From NCBI GenBank assembly GCA_024704765.1, contig JAKMXF010000277.1, positions 124,001 through 188,000 of the forward strand: DNA of 64,000 nucleotides, given 5' to 3'. Below the pieces are notes generated by a model that did no database searches, was not told where the DNA came from, and saw nothing but the letters and a program-made list of their open reading frames with translations. The position numbers and the translations under genes are program-made. The DNA is from Oopsacas minuta. Lineage: Eukaryota; Animalia; Porifera. Shown piece after piece: positions 59,905-64,000 of the stretch. Every line of letters starts with the position of its first letter. The stretch's first letter is position 1.

Positions 59905-62900
59905 TTATTTTCTATGTCTAAATGTGTGTAATTTCGCTTCTTGATCTGCGATAAGTATCATTTTATCAGTCAATTCATTTTCAAGTTGTTCCAAGATCGC
60001 GTCATTATCGTGGCAATTTTCGCAGCTTTTGCGATTGTTTTGTGGTTTTCGAGTTGTATTTGGTGTGTTGCTATTCGCGCGAAGAGCCGCGATTTCATTA
60101 TCTTTGACTTTACAATCGATACAAGCCGAAGATTGTATATTTTCCAACATATTTTTGTGTTTCGCGAAATTTAACTTTTCCTTATCAAAATTATTCTGTA
60201 AAGTATTGAGATCATTTACTAATTTTTCATTTTCGTGTTTGTAATTTGAGGCTTGTGAAATCGCGAGTTTTAGCTTATCTTTGGCTGTAGTTAGCTTTGT
60301 ATGTACTTCTTCAGAAAAGCGGGAAATTTCGCGTCTTGTAGTTTCGAGTTGTGCGATTTCTAACTGTGCTAATAATGAAAATTTTCCTAAAGGAGGATAT
60401 TAGTATATTCTTGCGGATATTAACAACTATCAATCACCGAAAATTACATATAAAAGTTAAATTTGAAAAATATTCGAAAGAAATACCTGTTTGACTAATG
60501 CCTTTTACAGCCATCGATAGAGAAGTTGAATCTTTTTCAAAGGTTTCCAACTTAGAAATAGAATCTTTGTGTTCTTGGTTAAGCTGTACAATTGATTTCT
60601 TCATTTCAGTTACCTTTAGAAATATATAATACAAGTAAATTTGTAATAATAAGGTGTGGAGAAAATCATGTCAAAAATTTGGAAAATGCATTCAACTCCC
60701 GTTAGCCAAAGAGTTCGAAATAATCGATGAAAATTTATGTTACTTTGACTGGGATTGGAACCATATTTGTACAATTTTAGACTTCTATATAAGCGGGTTT
60801 TTCGATATATCCGTGTTCGATTCAATGGGAATTGACTCTATATTACAATTTCAAATTTGAAAGTAAGTCAACTATTCGAAAAGGATGGCAACAATCATGT
60901 TCGAAAATTTGAAGATTATTCCTCACAGAAATATGAAAAATCTGCGAAATTCCTCACCTGTTGATTCAAACAATTATTCTTAAGCCTCAATCTAGATAGA
61001 ACAGGTTTAGAAGCTTTCAAAGCTCGATTCAACCTTTCAATTTCTTCTTCAACCACATCACTAACCAAAGCCTCCGTACTTGTAGCAGGTTTCAGTTTAG
61101 ACCGAGCTATCACGAATTTAACAGGTCCAACACAATTACGTATTATCCCAGCTACCGTGACACTATTTGCTCCGATCACTACTCTGTTGTTGACCTCGAT
61201 AATACGGTCACCTTGTTGGATAGACCCTTCATTATGGACTGGGCTTCCGGGTATAATTGTTTGTACACCTAATAGACCAGTTCCAGTTTCATTTAGACTC
61301 ATTCCTAATCCTATAGAATTGAAAATATAAATTATATTACATGATAGTTGCAGTATTTCTGTATATTTTAGGCTGGGAATTTGTAAGGTGGTTGGAAAGT
61401 ATTCGGGCTACATTTTCATTTCCAATTGCCTCGCTATTACGCCAATTTTTACCACCAAAAAGCAGTTGAACTGATGGCTAGAAATTCTCATTGAAAAATG
61501 CAATTGTCTTTTCAATTCAATGAATATAACATACGTATAGCGGCCTTCGGACACTTCATGCCAAATTCTCATGGTCAATCAAGTTCCACTATGATCAGCG
61601 GTTCCCAACTTGGGTCGATGGACCCCTTGCTGGATCCACAAACGATAGCAAGGGGTCAACAGGTGAAAAGGTTGGGAACCGCTGCAGGCTGCACTGTACA
61701 CATTAATAACTACATACCTTGTCCATTATTCACCACTTCTACAGTAGACACATCAAACTCCTTGAATATAGAAAACATAGATATATTGTGTGCAGTATTT
61801 CTTTGTTGTTGTGAGCTAACAGACAAATCATATAGGAGAGTTCCTGGTGCATATGCGAGGCTAGGTGTAGTGCTTGTACTTGTTAGACTTGTTTCACTAA
61901 GGAAACTTATTCTAGAACCGTCTTCTTGTGGTGGTGTGTTTTGATGTGGACTGCTTATACCTGTAAAGATGGGGTAAGTATAACAGTTTATCCAAAGTAT
62001 GCAGAGATTGCAAGAGAACTAACTTAACAGAGATAATTATTGCAGACTCTACGAATTCTCAAGGCTAACTGTAGAATGTGTATTTTTGCCAATGACTGTA
62101 CATTTTGCTGCAAATATACTAAATCTCACTCGATTTTCAAGGAATATAACGGAATGGCGGACAGGAATGGTTTTTGGGGAAGTAATTTGCCCAAAAAGGC
62201 TGAATAGCTCGCTTTTTGGTCGGAAAAAATACAGTAAATTCGGATAAACTTTTAGTATTGAGAATAAGACGTATTAACCGAATTCTATTGTATCTGAAAA
62301 TTTTCAAAATGTACAAACAATTACCTGAATCTTGTTCTGTAGGAGATAACAAATTGTATTTAGAGAAATGAGCCTGTTCTAGTGTCTTGTTCGGTGAATC
62401 TCCTCTAGTGATAGAAATAGGGTCAAATGGTGGTGGAGGAGGAAATTTTAAGAAAGGCATAGGTGAGTTTGAAGCAATAGTTTCAGAAAGTGATTGGAAA
62501 TCTTTGTGTTCAGCAGATGGTGAGAGATTCGAATCTGGTGTTAAGTATAGCTCAGGAGAAGAAGGTATGTCAACAGGATTCACTATTGCCAATTCATTCT
62601 TCACATACGCAGGAGTACTATAAGACCTCGTCACATCAAGCTTATTAACATTACATATAGGTAACATCATGTTATCTTGTGGTGCATGACATGGTGTATC
62701 ATCATATGAATTCCTACTAGAATCACTGTTAGAATCAACACTAACAAAACTAAGGCCAGTTAAACTGATTAGACTATCTGTGGTTAGTAAGTTATTCGTG
62801 CTTGGCCCGTCTATTAGTATTCTACCAACGTTACTTGATTTTGTGGTAGGCTGAACTGAGAAGTCATCTAAACTATAGAAAATGGGGTAAAGTATATTAT

Positions 62901-63782
62901 GGTTTGAACAGCTAACCAAAGATTCATAGGTCATGGGTCATGGGTCATCAAAGTGACCCATGGTCCACTCTGGTGGCTGTAGCAAAGGTCAAAGTTCAAA
63001 AAAATTCTACATATTATTATACAATAACTATAATTCAACAAAATTTGGTTCTATTTGTTCACTACAACAAATTTCGACCAACGAGACAGATATTTATTGA
63101 TGGATAAAGGACTACAAATTCGAATCAAGAGACAGTGGAAGTAGAATTCTAGTGAAAAATAACGTAGGTCTGCGAAAATTCATAATGATCATGTATACGC
63201 TAGAGACTCAGAAAATTTCATTGTAACTTACTCAATATCCGGAGAATCAGGTGATCTCAACTCTTCAGTCGACAGTTTAGCCCTTGTCCTAGAAAACCTT
63301 GATCTTCTCTGAGGTTCAGATCCCGGTGTATGCTCCCTTATAAGTAGAAAGCTAAACTCATAACCACATCCTCTCAGAGCAGCCAACGCTAAATCATCCT
63401 GACCAATTGCAATTCTCCGTGAAGCCATTCCAATACTTGGTGAAAATGCCTGCAGCACGAACTTATCAATTGATTCATCGACTCGCATCGCTCGTAAAAC
63501 CAATTGCATAACTTCTCTACAGCTAGTTTTACTGTCAATAGCTAGTGTTTTGTATTCACATCCTGGTACGATAGAATTCGAATACACTTTAATAACAGTG
63601 CCTTGTCGAGTTTGTAGTTTAAAATGTGAGATTAGCCCAGCTGATTTTTGTATTATAACCAAGGGTGATACGTCATGACGTAGTTCTTTTGATTCAGTAT
63701 TGATGTCTATGCTAGCTATGTAGAATAGGTTTGGATCTCGTTTTGCATTTGATGGATTCAATTGTATTACTCGGCTAATAAC
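59905..63782 (-). CDS. 5'-partial scaffold protein: tandem RA domains, Pro/Ser-rich linker, RVxF-like motif, PDZ, coiled coil (afadin/neurabin-like)
   Basis: Exons 63782-63232, 62872-62325, 61960-61718, 61310-60958, 60613-60487, 60386-59905 (2304 nt, phases match). The first visible exon starts at an acceptor, so further exons lie beyond the window. RA motif GTVIKVYSNSIVPGCEYKTLAIDSKTSCREVMQLVL; PDZ GLGMS...VQTIIPGSPVHNEGSIQQGDRIIEVN...IIRNCVGPVKFVIAR. Confidence 0.8.
60689..60838. mobile_element. MITE family A in an intron of the RA-PDZ gene
   Basis: cattcaactcccgttag ... ttatgttactttgactgggattggaaccatatttgtaca ... gggaattgact. Confidence 0.72.
61596..61684. mobile_element. hAT-like MITE with perfect 14-bp TIRs
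   Basis: CAGCGGTTCCCAAC / GTTGGGAACCGCTG, plus inner IR gaccccttgct / agcaaggggtc. Confidence 0.85.
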
Positions 63783-64000
63783 CTAAAAGAGACAGAAAGG
63801 GTAAATACATGCAGTTGACACAATCAGAAATAATACAAAAATTTAACACAGCATACTCCCGTTTTTTAGGAAGGGTTTCTTTACCCTCTATAGATTGAAA
63901 TAATTGATTTTACACAGCTTATTTTACAGTGAAAACCGGGAATTACAGCCAACAAAAAGACAGAAACTTTTTGACGTTCGCATTCCGCAATTTAATGTCT

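Noticed and set aside
58244-63782. Single gene fusing RA-PDZ-coiled-coil with FERM
   Set aside because: The coiled-coil exon ends in a stop at 59905, and the FERM exon has its own ATG at 58606.

Overview
AT-rich, intron-containing animal genomic DNA. The gene repertoire, short introns and nested genes suggest a non-bilaterian such as a sponge; this is inference only. I reconstructed 12 protein-coding genes by hand, checking splice phase at every junction. In order: TRAPPC8 (+); a ~12 kb gene-free stretch; an EGR-family zinc-finger gene (+) whose first two introns each contain a complete antisense gene (WDR24 and WDTC1); a DED-like plus catalytically dead caspase-like gene (+); two tandem short OSBP-related genes with an orphan duplicated exon (-); a 9-exon adhesion GPCR carrying a thrombospondin-type EGF-TSP3 module (-); ANKRD39 (+); RING1/RNF2 (-); an EPB41-like FERM gene (-); and a 5'-truncated gene combining afadin-like tandem RA domains with a neurabin-like RVxF-PDZ-coiled-coil (-). 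Introns and spacers carry many short MITE families. Most genes have a splice-acceptor-like YAG within 2-39 nt of the ATG, suggesting spliced-leader trans-splicing or pervasive 5'UTR introns. No tRNA, rRNA or CRISPR features were seen.
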